From IMG/VR virus record IMGVR_UViG_3300043395_001986, positions 32,001 through 96,000 of that record: a DNA stretch of 64,000 bases; one strand, 5' to 3'. Below the pieces are notes generated by a model that saw nothing but the letters and a program-made list of their open reading frames with translations, had not been told where the DNA came from and did not search any database. Below are positions 19,854 to 30,017 of the stretch, in pieces (position 1 is the first letter of the stretch; the number at the start of each line of letters is the position of its first letter). This DNA comes from a virus (lineage: Duplodnaviria > Heunggongvirae > Uroviricota > Caudoviricetes). The translations under genes and the position numbers were made by a program.

Positions 19854-22800
19854 ATGGTAGTAAAAAAGATTTTACACATAGCTGACGTACATATTCGTAA
19901 TATTAAAAGACACGAAGAGTATCGTCAGGTATTTAACAAATTGTATAAATCATTAAAAGAACAAACTGATGATAATACAATTATTTATTTGGGTGGAGAT
20001 ATTGCGCATGCAAAATTAGAAATGTCTCCTGAATTAGTTAAGGAAATTGCAGATTTTTTAACTAATTGTGCAAATATTGCTCCAACATATTTAATTACAG
20101 GTAATCACGATTGTAATATGAATAATGTTGGTAGATTAGATGCATTAACACCAATTGTTAATTCATTAAAATTACCAAATTTAGTTTACCTAAAGGATAC
20201 CGAAATAGCGGAATTTGAGAATGCTAGATTAGTATGTTTTAGCATATTTGACCAAAAAGAAAACTGGCCAAAAGCAGAAACATTAGGAAATGATAAATTA
20301 AATATTGCATTATTTCATGGTGCAGTAGATAAATCACAAACTGACATAGGATATAAAGTTTCTTCAAAGAATTTTCCTATTGAAATTTTTGATGGATATG
20401 ATTATGCTTTGTTAGGTGATATTCATAAAAGACAAATTATGCAAGAGAAAGCAGATGGTAAACCATTTGTTGCATATTGTGGCTCATTAATTCAACAAAA
20501 CCATGGAGAAACTTTAGATAAACATGGATATATGGTATGGGATTTGGAAAACCATACTTATACTTCAATAGATATTCCAAATGATTATGGTTACTATACT
20601 TTACATATCGACAACGGAATCGTACCAGATGTGGATGATATACCTAAAATTCCTCGTCTTCGTGTTTTTGTGTCTAATACTGATAGTTCTCAAATTAAAA
20701 GAGTTACTACCGAAATTAAAAAGAAATATAAGGTTGATGATTTTACAATTACAAGAACAGATACTTTATCTAAACTCAAAAGTGGTAATAGGGATGGGCA
20801 ATTGGATATCGGGAATATTACGGATGTTGAATTCCAAAATGGGTTAATAATAGATTATCTTAAACGAAATTATCCAATAGATGATGAAATGCTGGATAAA
20901 GTTGCATCTTTAAATAGAGAAACAAATAAGAAACTTAAAGATGAAGATTTGGCTAGAAATATACACTGGAAGCCAATCCGTTTTGAGTTTTCTAATATGT
21001 TTAGTTATGGTGAAGATAATATAGTTGATTTTGATAAAATGAAAGGTATTATGGGATTGTTTGCAGCTAACGCTCAAGGTAAATCTTCATTATTTGATGC
21101 CCTTTCATTTTGTATATTTGATAAATGTAGTAGAGCATTTAAAGCATCTGCTATCCTAAATAATAGAAAATCAGCATTTCGTTGTAAATTACATTTTCAG
21201 ATAAACGGAGAAAATTTCTTTATAGAAAGAATAGCAAAGACAGTTAAGAAAGGAGAAGCAGTAAAGGTTGATGTACAATTTTGGAAAGAAGATAGCGGTG
21301 AAGTTGTTGTCCTAAACGGAACAGAACGCAGAGATACTGATACTATTATTTCGCAATATCTGGGAACATACGAAGATTTCGTTTTAACTGCATTATCTTT
21401 ACAGGGTAATAACTCATTGTTTATTGATAAATCACAATCGGAGAGAAAAGATTTATTGGCTCAGTTTATGGGCATTAATATATTTGATAAATTATATAAT
21501 ATAGCAATTGAAGATACAAAAGAAGTTTCTACTTTATTAAGAAGATTTAAAAGTGAAGATTTCACATCTGAACTTGCTCAAAATGAAAAGGATTTAGAAA
21601 AATTAGAAGATGATTTTGAAGAATTGGAAATTGAGAAAGAAGGATATGAAGACAGGCAAGAAGAATTAAATGAAGAAATAGCAGAACTTGCCGCTCAATT
21701 AACACCAATTGATGGAAATCTCAATCTTAATTCTTTAACAAAATCTAAAAGTAAATTAGAAGATGAAATAGAAAATATAATTTCATTGATTTCTACAAAA
21801 GAAAATAATATTTCTATATTAGAAGGAAAGGTTCAAGAAATTTCACAATCAATAGATGATAAGAAATCATTTGGTGGAACTATTGAGATAGAAACAGCAT
21901 ATTCAAATTATCAGAAAAAACAAAAAGAATTAATCGAAGCAACAAAAGTTTATGATAATGCAAAATTACATTTAAGTTCTGCAGAAGAAAAGATTAAACA
22001 TTTGGATAATCATAAATACGACCCAAATTGTAAATTTTGTTGTGATAATGAATTTGTTAAAGATGCAATGAGAGCAAAAGAAGCATTGCCTCAATTAGAA
22101 GGAATTGTTAAGCAAGCAATGATTGATTGTGTTGGTATTCAACAAAACATAGATACAATGGAAGGTGTTGAAGAACAATATAATGAATGGAATGAACTTA
22201 AATTAAAATTTTTAAAAGGAAATTCATTAATAGATACTGCAAAAATTGAATTAGGTAGTCAAAGAACATCTTTACAACTTAAACAAAATCAATTATCTAC
22301 AATAGAAAGTGATATTGAAAGATATCATACTAATGAAGTAAGTATTCAAACCAATGAAAGATTAAATTATGAAATAGAAGTTAAAAGGGGTGAACTTGCA
22401 AATATAACAAAAGATGTAAGAGAAGTAAGTAGTAAATTAATGGAAGCAAATGGAACAATTGGCTCATTAAAATCAAAAATACAATCCATATATACAAGAA
22501 TGGAAGAGGTATCCACTTTGGAAGATAAGTTCAAAACATATGAATATTATATCGACTCGATTAAGAGAGATGGTGTTTCATATGAACTTATCTCCAAAGC
22601 TCTTCCTGTAATTGAAGGTGAGGTAAATAATATTCTACAACAAATTGTAGATTTTGGTGTTACACTTCAAATGGATGGTAAAAGTATAAATGGAAAAATT
22701 GTCTACGAAGACCAAGAGTGGCCATTGGAAATGTGTAGTGGCATGGAAAAGTTTATTAGTGGATTGGCAATTAGGGTTGCACTCATTAATGTTTGTCACC

Positions 22801-23009
22801 TTCCTCGTCCAAACTTTTTAGTAATTGATGAGGGATTTGGTACATTAGATAGTGAGAATTTAACATCTATGTTTATGTTATTTGATTATCTTAAAACTCA
22901 ATTTGATTATATAATTGTTATTTCACATTTAGACCAAATGAGAGATATTGTTGATAATTTAATTGAAATTAAGAAAACAGATGGCTTCTCCTCTATAATT
23001 TATAAGTAA
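19854..23009 (+). CDS. Fused SbcD/Mre11 (gp47) nuclease - SbcC/Rad50 (gp46) ATPase
   Basis: ADVH, GDIAH, GNHD, FHG, GDIH phosphoesterase motifs; then Walker A NAQGKSS, coiled coils, CKFC hook, CSGME signature, IDEGFGTLD, ISH. Confidence 0.93.
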   Translation: MVVKKILHIADVHIRNIKRHEEYRQVFNKLYKSLKEQTDDNTIIYLGGDIAHAKLEMSPELVKEIADFLTNCANIAPTYLITGNHDCNMNNVGRLDALTPIVNSLKLPNLVYLKDTEIAEFENARLVCFSIFDQKENWPKAETLGNDKLNIALFHGAVDKSQTDIGYKVSSKNFPIEIFDGYDYALLGDIHKRQIMQEKADGKPFVAYCGSLIQQNHGETLDKHGYMVWDLENHTYTSIDIPNDYGYYTLHIDNGIVPDVDDIPKIPRLRVFVSNTDSSQIKRVTTEIKKKYKVDDFTITRTDTLSKLKSGNRDGQLDIGNITDVEFQNGLIIDYLKRNYPIDDEMLDKVASLNRETNKKLKDEDLARNIHWKPIRFEFSNMFSYGEDNIVDFDKMKGIMGLFAANAQGKSSLFDALSFCIFDKCSRAFKASAILNNRKSAFRCKLHFQINGENFFIERIAKTVKKGEAVKVDVQFWKEDSGEVVVLNGTERRDTDTIISQYLGTYEDFVLTALSLQGNNSLFIDKSQSERKDLLAQFMGINIFDKLYNIAIEDTKEVSTLLRRFKSEDFTSELAQNEKDLEKLEDDFEELEIEKEGYEDRQEELNEEIAELAAQLTPIDGNLNLNSLTKSKSKLEDEIENIISLISTKENNISILEGKVQEISQSIDDKKSFGGTIEIETAYSNYQKKQKELIEATKVYDNAKLHLSSAEEKIKHLDNHKYDPNCKFCCDNEFVKDAMRAKEALPQLEGIVKQAMIDCVGIQQNIDTMEGVEEQYNEWNELKLKFLKGNSLIDTAKIELGSQRTSLQLKQNQLSTIESDIERYHTNEVSIQTNERLNYEIEVKRGELANITKDVREVSSKLMEANGTIGSLKSKIQSIYTRMEEVSTLEDKFKTYEYYIDSIKRDGVSYELISKALPVIEGEVNNILQQIVDFGVTLQMDGKSINGKIVYEDQEWPLEMCSGMEKFISGLAIRVALINVCHLPRPNFLVIDEGFGTLDSENLTSMFMLFDYLKTQFDYIIVISHLDQMRDIVDNLIEIKKTDGFSSIIYK

Positions 23010-23011
23010 AA

Positions 23012-23019
23012 TACTTATA
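23012..23019 (+). promoter_or_regulatory. Putative phage late promoter TACTTATA
   Basis: Intergenic, before tail fibre. Confidence 0.5.
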
Positions 23020-23038
23020 TTAAAGTATTTACCAAAAT

Positions 23039-26000
23039 ATGGCAGTAGAGAAAAAACAGGTTTTTAAACAGAATTTAAAAAGCTATAGCACATTCATCCA
23101 AGATACGGCTGCAAATTCTACCTATTTTAAAGTAACAGAATTACCAGATACATTAACAGGTGGTAAAAATGCATTCTTAATAGAAGGTTCTGATTTACTA
23201 CAATTGGGTAGTGAAATTAAAATTGAAATTTTAGATTCAACGGGTGTACCTGTTTATATAGAAGCAGCAGACGGTTATGCTACATCATCATTTGATTCAA
23301 ATGGTAATCCAATAATTACCGAATATTACGAAGGTACTTCTAAAATAGTATCAATGTATGTTTATACCGATACATCATACGGTCCTGCTCAAATTACAAT
23401 ATTAGGTGAAGCAAAATATTATTTAGACCAAAATAATATTAAACAAGAAATACCTGCAGATTGGAAAGGTGTTTATAATGTTAAATGGCAACGAAATTTA
23501 ACAATAAATCCGTCATTAGCTAATACAACAAAGGTAAGATTTTATAAAAGGCCAACTGCTAATATTACTGAAATACTTTCACCAATTTATAGAATTGAAA
23601 GTGGTTCAAAAGTAGCATCAAACGTTACGGCTTCTTTTGCAAATATTATTTTATCTCAATTAGATACCTTTGCAGGAGATGTAAAAAGAGTAAAAGTATT
23701 TAGAACATCAGCGGGCGATATATCCGATTACGATTTGATACAAGATATATATGTCGAATCAAAGGAATTATTAACTACACTTAATATAAGTGGAAGTGTT
23801 AAAGGAGAAGCGGGTTTATTGACGGCCGATACATTAAAAAATACATGGAATACTGGCTCATTAAACACATATTTAACGAGTAGTAGAATTGATAATGGAT
23901 GTAGACTTACAGGTAGTGGATATTTTACATTTACAGGTTCATTGAACATCAGTTCTACAAATGTTTATGAATTAACATTAGATGCATTTTATTCATCATC
24001 AACCGCTAGTAATTTGGGAATTTATATTAGTGGTTCTAATAATGGTGAAATTTTATTAGCATCACTAAATGGAATAACTCCTGTTAAGAATTTAGAAAAT
24101 CAATTGATATCATTTACACTATCAAATGATGAACCAAGTGCTAGTCTATATTTATCTCAATCACAAGGTGAATGGCATATAGGTAATTTAAGTTTAAAAC
24201 TAACAGAAGATACTGCATTTTCTCCAACTGAAATAAGTTTTGTTACATCAATGCCAACTGTCATTGGTAATGAGACGTATAATTTCAAATTTGAGTTTTA
24301 TGATGTAAATAATAACTATGTTCCAATATCAGTTACACAATCGGCAACATTTACTGGTGGTAATAATAATATTGGTGGCACAATTACATTAATTAGTGGT
24401 TCAACGAGTGCATTATCACAATCAGTATCTTATGATTTATGGTTCAATCCAACTGGTAGTTTAACAGCATCGGTTTCACATTCATATTCATCATCATTAG
24501 GATATACCGCAGCAGCCAGTGCGTCATTACAAAGTTCATCTTTATATATAAGTTCATCTGTTAGTGGGACAATTTCAAATGTAAGTTCATCATTAAGTAG
24601 TAGTATATCAACATCACTTTCACAATCATACGCATACACGGACGAAATTTCAGCATCTAATTTTTTAGAATTTACAGATGTTAATAGTAGAATATTCACC
24701 GATTCAACTGGATTGGTAAGTAGAACACCTTCAACCGGTGTTTCTGGTTTATATTTAGGTCAGAGTTATTTAGGTTATCACAACGGAAATGGGCTAGTTA
24801 CCGGTTGGAAAACATATATGTCTAATACTGGTAATTTCTTTTTAACATCATCACAAACAAATGGAGGATATTTAGTTTGGGATAGTGCAGCAGCAACCTT
24901 ACAAATAAAAGGTGCAATTGATATAACAGGTGGTTCAGCAAGAACTGATATAGATAACGCAGCCCTATCTGCTTCAAATGCATTTGATTCTGCAAGTTCG
25001 TATAGTGCATCAATATCCGCATCAACATTCTTTACAACAAATTTATTAGATGGTAGAATATTCACAGATTCAACGGGTAAAATAGTAAAACCACCAGTAA
25101 ATACTGCATCTAATTATGGATTATATTTAGGTTCTTCATATATGGGGTTTTATAGTGGAAGTGGTTGGAGAACCTATATGGATAATTTAGGAAAATTCTA
25201 TTTAACAGGCTCTCTAACAGATGGATATTCAAATTATTTAACGTGGGATGGTGCAGGAACATTGACTGTAGCGGGTGCAATTAATATAACAGGTGGAACG
25301 GCAAATGATAGAATTAATGGAGTAGCAGATTCCGCATCAGCAGCAAGTGCAAGTGCTTTTAATGCAAGTGGAAGTGCATTTGCAGCAGATTCAAAAATAT
25401 TCACAGATGCAAATGGTAGAATAGTAAAAGCACCTTCAACTGGTGTAGCCGGCTTATTTTTAGGAAGTTCTTATTTAGGTTATCACAACGGAGATGGTAC
25501 AGCATTAGGTTGGAAAACCTATATGGCTAATAATGGTAATTTCTTTTTAACAGGTTCAACGGGTGGTTGGTTAAAATGGGATTCAAGCGCAGGAACATTG
25601 GATATAAAAGGTTCTATTAATATCACAGGTGGAAACGCAGCAACTCAAGATTATGTAAATACTGCAACATCTTCATTATCGGGTTCAGTAGCAACATCTG
25701 TAAACGCTGCACAAACAACTGCAAATTCAGCAAATTCAGCAGCAGCTTATGCATTACAGAATGCAAACACATCTTCAATTAATTCATTAGATGATAGAAT
25801 TTTTAATGATGCTGTTGGTAAAATAAATAAAACGGCAACTCCTGGAACCGGTACTGGATTATTTTTAGACCAAAAAAAGTTAGGGTTTTATGATGGTGCA
25901 GATTGGAAAACATTTATGAGTTCTTCTGGTTTGTTTTATTTAACAGGAAGTGCAGGTGGAAACGCTTTACTATGGGATGGTGCAAACTTAATAATAAGAG

Positions 26001-27355
26001 GACAAATCAAAGTATCAGATGGAAGTGAAGTTACATCAACAACTATATCAAACGCAGCAAGTGCATTACAAAATGGTCAAACAAATAAATCTTTAGGATT
26101 AAGTGGTGGTAGTATAGGTGGGGTAACAATCGCACCATCTAGTATATATATTGGAAACGGAAATTGGGCGAATTCTGATACTGGTTTTTTCGTTAATAGT
26201 GGTGGATATTTTTCTTTAAAAGATAAACTAACATGGGATACAAATAACCTTAAAGTACAAGGTGAAATAACCGCAGATAGTGGTATAATTGGGGGATGGA
26301 CAATTGGTGGAAATAAATTATATAGAACAAATAAATTAGAATTAGATGCAGGTGCAACATACCCAGCAATTAATGTATATGGTTCAGATAACATACCAAG
26401 AGTAATTATAAATAACAGCCCAACTCTTTCATCATTAACTGGTGGTGGAGCTGGAAGTGCAAACGTAGCTCAATATTCAATTGGAAATAGTACATCTGGA
26501 GTACAAAGATATGCTCCACCAATAAGTATACCGACAGTAGCAGGAGCAGTATATAATCTTACAATTACATTTATAGAACCAGATGGTAATGAGATTTGTA
26601 ATTTTAGTCTTGATACTTCAACCGGTAATATTATTACACGAATGGATATATGGGATACTGCATTATCTACTCAATTGCAAAATATTTGGTACGATACATC
26701 AGATACCATATATAACGATTCGTCCTGGACATGGACAGATGCGGGTGGAATTTATAATAGGACAATAACAACATCTGTGGTAGGAGATGGTACTATCTTA
26801 AAATTAAGACCAGGAATAATGTATAATGGTAGTAGACAGACAGCAAGAAGCCTTGTATTCCCTGCATATTCATATAGTTACCAACAGACGGTTTCTAAAA
26901 CGGAAATTATTCCAGGCGGGATGCAAATTGTAAATAGTACAGCAGCATATTTAAAAGCAGATAGAACTGTCACCGATAGTGCAGCAACACCTTGGATGAC
27001 ATCAGCGGGAAACTGGTCACATAATGGAACATTAATAACAACATCTGATAGAAATATTAAAAATAATATAATACCAATTGATTTTGATTTGACAAAATTA
27101 AATGAAATAGATGGATATTCATATAATAAGGCAATTGATTATGATGAAGATGGTAATCCTGATACAATTATTTCTACATATGGTGTGATAGCACAAGAAA
27201 TAGAAACTATATTACCAAATGCAGTATCAACAAATACTAATACTGGAATTAAAGGAGTTGATTACAACGCGGTAACCGGTATGTTAGTATCCGCAATAAA
27301 AAAGCTATACTTAAAAGTAAATCAATTAGAAGCACAAATTAGTGGCTCAAAATAA
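23039..27355 (+). CDS. Tail fibre with internal repeats and C-terminal S74 autocleaving chaperone
   Basis: TSDRNIKNNI..YGVIAQEIE..LP.AV..VDY..L..AIK chaperone; Ser/Gly/Thr-rich repeats. Confidence 0.85.
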   Translation: MAVEKKQVFKQNLKSYSTFIQDTAANSTYFKVTELPDTLTGGKNAFLIEGSDLLQLGSEIKIEILDSTGVPVYIEAADGYATSSFDSNGNPIITEYYEGTSKIVSMYVYTDTSYGPAQITILGEAKYYLDQNNIKQEIPADWKGVYNVKWQRNLTINPSLANTTKVRFYKRPTANITEILSPIYRIESGSKVASNVTASFANIILSQLDTFAGDVKRVKVFRTSAGDISDYDLIQDIYVESKELLTTLNISGSVKGEAGLLTADTLKNTWNTGSLNTYLTSSRIDNGCRLTGSGYFTFTGSLNISSTNVYELTLDAFYSSSTASNLGIYISGSNNGEILLASLNGITPVKNLENQLISFTLSNDEPSASLYLSQSQGEWHIGNLSLKLTEDTAFSPTEISFVTSMPTVIGNETYNFKFEFYDVNNNYVPISVTQSATFTGGNNNIGGTITLISGSTSALSQSVSYDLWFNPTGSLTASVSHSYSSSLGYTAAASASLQSSSLYISSSVSGTISNVSSSLSSSISTSLSQSYAYTDEISASNFLEFTDVNSRIFTDSTGLVSRTPSTGVSGLYLGQSYLGYHNGNGLVTGWKTYMSNTGNFFLTSSQTNGGYLVWDSAAATLQIKGAIDITGGSARTDIDNAALSASNAFDSASSYSASISASTFFTTNLLDGRIFTDSTGKIVKPPVNTASNYGLYLGSSYMGFYSGSGWRTYMDNLGKFYLTGSLTDGYSNYLTWDGAGTLTVAGAINITGGTANDRINGVADSASAASASAFNASGSAFAADSKIFTDANGRIVKAPSTGVAGLFLGSSYLGYHNGDGTALGWKTYMANNGNFFLTGSTGGWLKWDSSAGTLDIKGSINITGGNAATQDYVNTATSSLSGSVATSVNAAQTTANSANSAAAYALQNANTSSINSLDDRIFNDAVGKINKTATPGTGTGLFLDQKKLGFYDGADWKTFMSSSGLFYLTGSAGGNALLWDGANLIIRGQIKVSDGSEVTSTTISNAASALQNGQTNKSLGLSGGSIGGVTIAPSSIYIGNGNWANSDTGFFVNSGGYFSLKDKLTWDTNNLKVQGEITADSGIIGGWTIGGNKLYRTNKLELDAGATYPAINVYGSDNIPRVIINNSPTLSSLTGGGAGSANVAQYSIGNSTSGVQRYAPPISIPTVAGAVYNLTITFIEPDGNEICNFSLDTSTGNIITRMDIWDTALSTQLQNIWYDTSDTIYNDSSWTWTDAGGIYNRTITTSVVGDGTILKLRPGIMYNGSRQTARSLVFPAYSYSYQQTVSKTEIIPGGMQIVNSTAAYLKADRTVTDSAATPWMTSAGNWSHNGTLITTSDRNIKNNIIPIDFDLTKLNEIDGYSYNKAIDYDEDGNPDTIISTYGVIAQEIETILPNAVSTNTNTGIKGVDYNAVTGMLVSAIKKLYLKVNQLEAQISGSK
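24689..26010 (+). repeat. Four ~115-135-aa repeats within tail fibre
   Basis: Units start RIFTDSTG (24689), RIFTDSTG (25055), KIFTDANG (25394), RIFNDAVG (25796); each has GL(Y/F)L..G..W(K/R)T(Y/F)M..G.F.LT.S..L.WD; identical 22-mer at 24766-24787 and 25471-25492. Confidence 0.85.
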
Positions 27356-27361
27356 TCAGTT

Positions 27362-28375
27362 ATGCTAGATGTTTTAGTTACAACAGGTGCCGGAAATGTA
27401 CCAATCGGTGGAAGTGATATATGGGTTAATATGTTCTTAAACGAAGTGTTACCATATTTACAAAGTAATGTTGTATTGTATATAGATAACAAACTACCAG
27501 TAGGATTTGATATTAAAAGTTTACCTGTACGCTATGTTGTAACAAATGAAGATGAAAGAATAGTTGATTTAGTTTTAAACAAAGCAGATAGAATACATTT
27601 TCTTCATAACAATTATTTTGAAAGACCTAAATTGTGGAAATATAAACAAAAATTTCACACATATTTTTGTCACGCATATATTCAAGAAATTATAAACACA
27701 AATATAGAATTAGGGCTTGATAAAATTTATTTACCAACAAAAATGGATTTAAATTGGGAACAAAATGTAATTAAAGAATGTAAGAAAGTTGTATGGATTG
27801 GGTGTAATGATGGATTGGTTGAAAAACAACACAAAGATAAATGTATTAGAATACCAAACTACTACCAATTCACAGAAAATAAACCATTTGAATATAAGAA
27901 CGATAAAATAGGATATGCAGCAAGAATTGAAACAAGAAAAGCACCACATTATTTAAGTGGCAAACAGGCTTTAATTTGTTCAAATGCAATGGATTGGGAA
28001 AATTACAAAGAGTATTTTAAAATAAATGATAGGAAAATAAAATTTTACCATTATAATTTGGAAAATCACAAAAATTTCTTTAATTTAGACTTCTCTGTAT
28101 TCCACGCTTGCTACTTAAATGAGCCGTTTGGATATTCTATATTTAACGCAGTAGATTATGGAAAATTACCAATATTACATTCCGATTGGTGTCCAGAATT
28201 AGAGTACAAATATAGAGCAAGTACGAAAGAAGAATTTGATAATGTTTATGAAATTATTAAATTAGATTCGTTTGAAGAAAAAGAAAAAGAGTTTTATAAT
28301 TTAAAATTCTTTTTACAAAGATTCACCAGCAGAGAAAAATGGATTGGAAAAATAGTAAGTGTTTTAAATAAATGA
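27362..28375 (+). CDS. Glycosyltransferase, GT-B fold (GT4-like)
   Basis: N-terminal GGSDIW, GYAARIETRK, EPFGYSIFNAVDYGKLPI. Confidence 0.75.
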   Translation: MLDVLVTTGAGNVPIGGSDIWVNMFLNEVLPYLQSNVVLYIDNKLPVGFDIKSLPVRYVVTNEDERIVDLVLNKADRIHFLHNNYFERPKLWKYKQKFHTYFCHAYIQEIINTNIELGLDKIYLPTKMDLNWEQNVIKECKKVVWIGCNDGLVEKQHKDKCIRIPNYYQFTENKPFEYKNDKIGYAARIETRKAPHYLSGKQALICSNAMDWENYKEYFKINDRKIKFYHYNLENHKNFFNLDFSVFHACYLNEPFGYSIFNAVDYGKLPILHSDWCPELEYKYRASTKEEFDNVYEIIKLDSFEEKEKEFYNLKFFLQRFTSREKWIGKIVSVLNK

Positions 28376-29127
28376 TAACAAATAAAGATTACATTAAAAA
28401 TTATATCACCAATAATTTAGAATTTAATGAGGTTGGTGAAGAAGTGTTAAAAGATGTCCCATATCGTTGGTCACATGGTGCAACAGATGAACATTTAGGC
28501 GATGGACTAATTATATACTCTATTATTCAGTATATGAGAGCAAAAGTATGTGTATGTTTAGGCAGTGGTGGCGGATTTATACCTAGAATTATGACACAGG
28601 CTAGAATTGATTTACATTCTCAAAATATATTAGAAGGTAATAGAGATTATAATTGGGGTGATATTGGAACAACATATGTAGTAGATGCAATGAATGGAAT
28701 TGGTGGTAATGTAAATTGGTTTAAAGAAGAATCTTTCTTTAGAAGAACATTTTATCCAAGAATTATTAATGATACAACTGCAAATGCATTTCATAATTTT
28801 TTTGTATTAAATGATATTAAGATTGATTATTTGCATATTGATGCAGGTCATTCATACGAAAACGTAAAAGAAGATTTTGAATTATATTCTCAATTAATGA
28901 GTGAGAATGGTATTATATCAATTCACGATACAGACCCGAATTACGCGGATAAATACATAGTTACAAATGAAGTAAAAGATAGAGGAGACCACGATGATTG
29001 GAGTGGACCAATTAAATTAGCAAAAGAAATAGATACTGAAAAATGGCAAGTTTTTGACCTATTTAATTTTGGCATTATAAAAAACAAACCAGCTTCAACC
29101 GGATTAACTTTAGTAAGAAAAAAATAA
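28372..29127 (+). CDS. Class I SAM-dependent methyltransferase (Methyltransf_24-like)
   Basis: LGSGGG, IDYLHIDAGHSYENVKEDF, GIISIHD. Confidence 0.85.
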   Translation: MITNKDYIKNYITNNLEFNEVGEEVLKDVPYRWSHGATDEHLGDGLIIYSIIQYMRAKVCVCLGSGGGFIPRIMTQARIDLHSQNILEGNRDYNWGDIGTTYVVDAMNGIGGNVNWFKEESFFRRTFYPRIINDTTANAFHNFFVLNDIKIDYLHIDAGHSYENVKEDFELYSQLMSENGIISIHDTDPNYADKYIVTNEVKDRGDHDDWSGPIKLAKEIDTEKWQVFDLFNFGIIKNKPASTGLTLVRKK

Positions 29128-29981
29128 TGAAACCAAAATTAGTTACTGTCACAGGGCATAGAACAAATACATTATGGCATCAACTAAACCATTATAAAGA
29201 TATGGTTAGTGATATTTTTGTTATTACATATGAAAACGAAGATTCTCCAAAAAATATAAAAGGAGAAGTTGAATATATTTGCAAACAATTTGGAATTACA
29301 CCACATACTGTCAGAACACATAGACCTTTTGATTGGGAATATGTAACACAATTATATAATGAAACAAAAATGTTACACCCAAATGATTGGTGGATTGTAT
29401 CAGATGATGACGAGTTTCAAATATATAATGATTTAGTTGAAAACATAATTGATGAGTGTGAAGAATTTGGATATAAATTTGTAACGGGTGGATTTATAGA
29501 TAGAATTGGGTTTAATGGTGATTTTCCAAAAATAAAAGAGAAAGAAGACATTTGGAAGCAATTTCCAATGGCTGGATTTTTTCGATATCCAATGAGTGGA
29601 GCGTGTCCAAATAAAGTTACCTTAATGAAAGGATGGATAGAACTTACACCTGGACAGCATTATGCAAAAATAGATGGTCAAACAACTTGGAGATGGCAAG
29701 GTTGGAACCACCCACTTCGATATCCAGTAGATAGAAACTTTACGCAAGTGCATCATTTTAAATGGGATTCAACCGTCGTAGATAGATTGCAAGATGTTGC
29801 AAATATTGGTAAAGTTTATGCATTTTCAAAAGAATATAAAGAAATGTATGAAGCATTAAAAGAAAATAATTTTATGCTTGATATTTATGATAAGAAATAT
29901 ATGTTTGAAGAAGTAAATAAAATTGGATATCACTACTATAAAAGTTGGGGTAAACTTTCTAAAATAATTCAATCAATATAA
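29127..29981 (+). CDS. Glycosyltransferase, GT-A fold (GT2-like)
   Basis: LNHY, WWIVSDDDEF (DxD), HHFKW. Confidence 0.7.
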   Translation: MKPKLVTVTGHRTNTLWHQLNHYKDMVSDIFVITYENEDSPKNIKGEVEYICKQFGITPHTVRTHRPFDWEYVTQLYNETKMLHPNDWWIVSDDDEFQIYNDLVENIIDECEEFGYKFVTGGFIDRIGFNGDFPKIKEKEDIWKQFPMAGFFRYPMSGACPNKVTLMKGWIELTPGQHYAKIDGQTTWRWQGWNHPLRYPVDRNFTQVHHFKWDSTVVDRLQDVANIGKVYAFSKEYKEMYEALKENNFMLDIYDKKYMFEEVNKIGYHYYKSWGKLSKIIQSI

Positions 29982-30013
29982 TTTGTTTATTTGAAATAAA
30001 TTCGTTACATTTG
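29982..30013 (+). promoter_or_regulatory. Bacteroidota housekeeping-sigma promoter for the main glycan operon
   Basis: TTTG (29982-85), 20-nt spacer, TACATTTG (30006-13), 4 nt before ATG 30018. Confidence 0.75.
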
Positions 30014-30017
30014 TAAA

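Noticed and set aside
24689-26010. CRISPR array or DGR template/variable repeat
   Set aside because: Repeats are in-frame protein repeats without fixed spacer structure or A-specific mismatches; no reverse transcriptase or cas gene in the window
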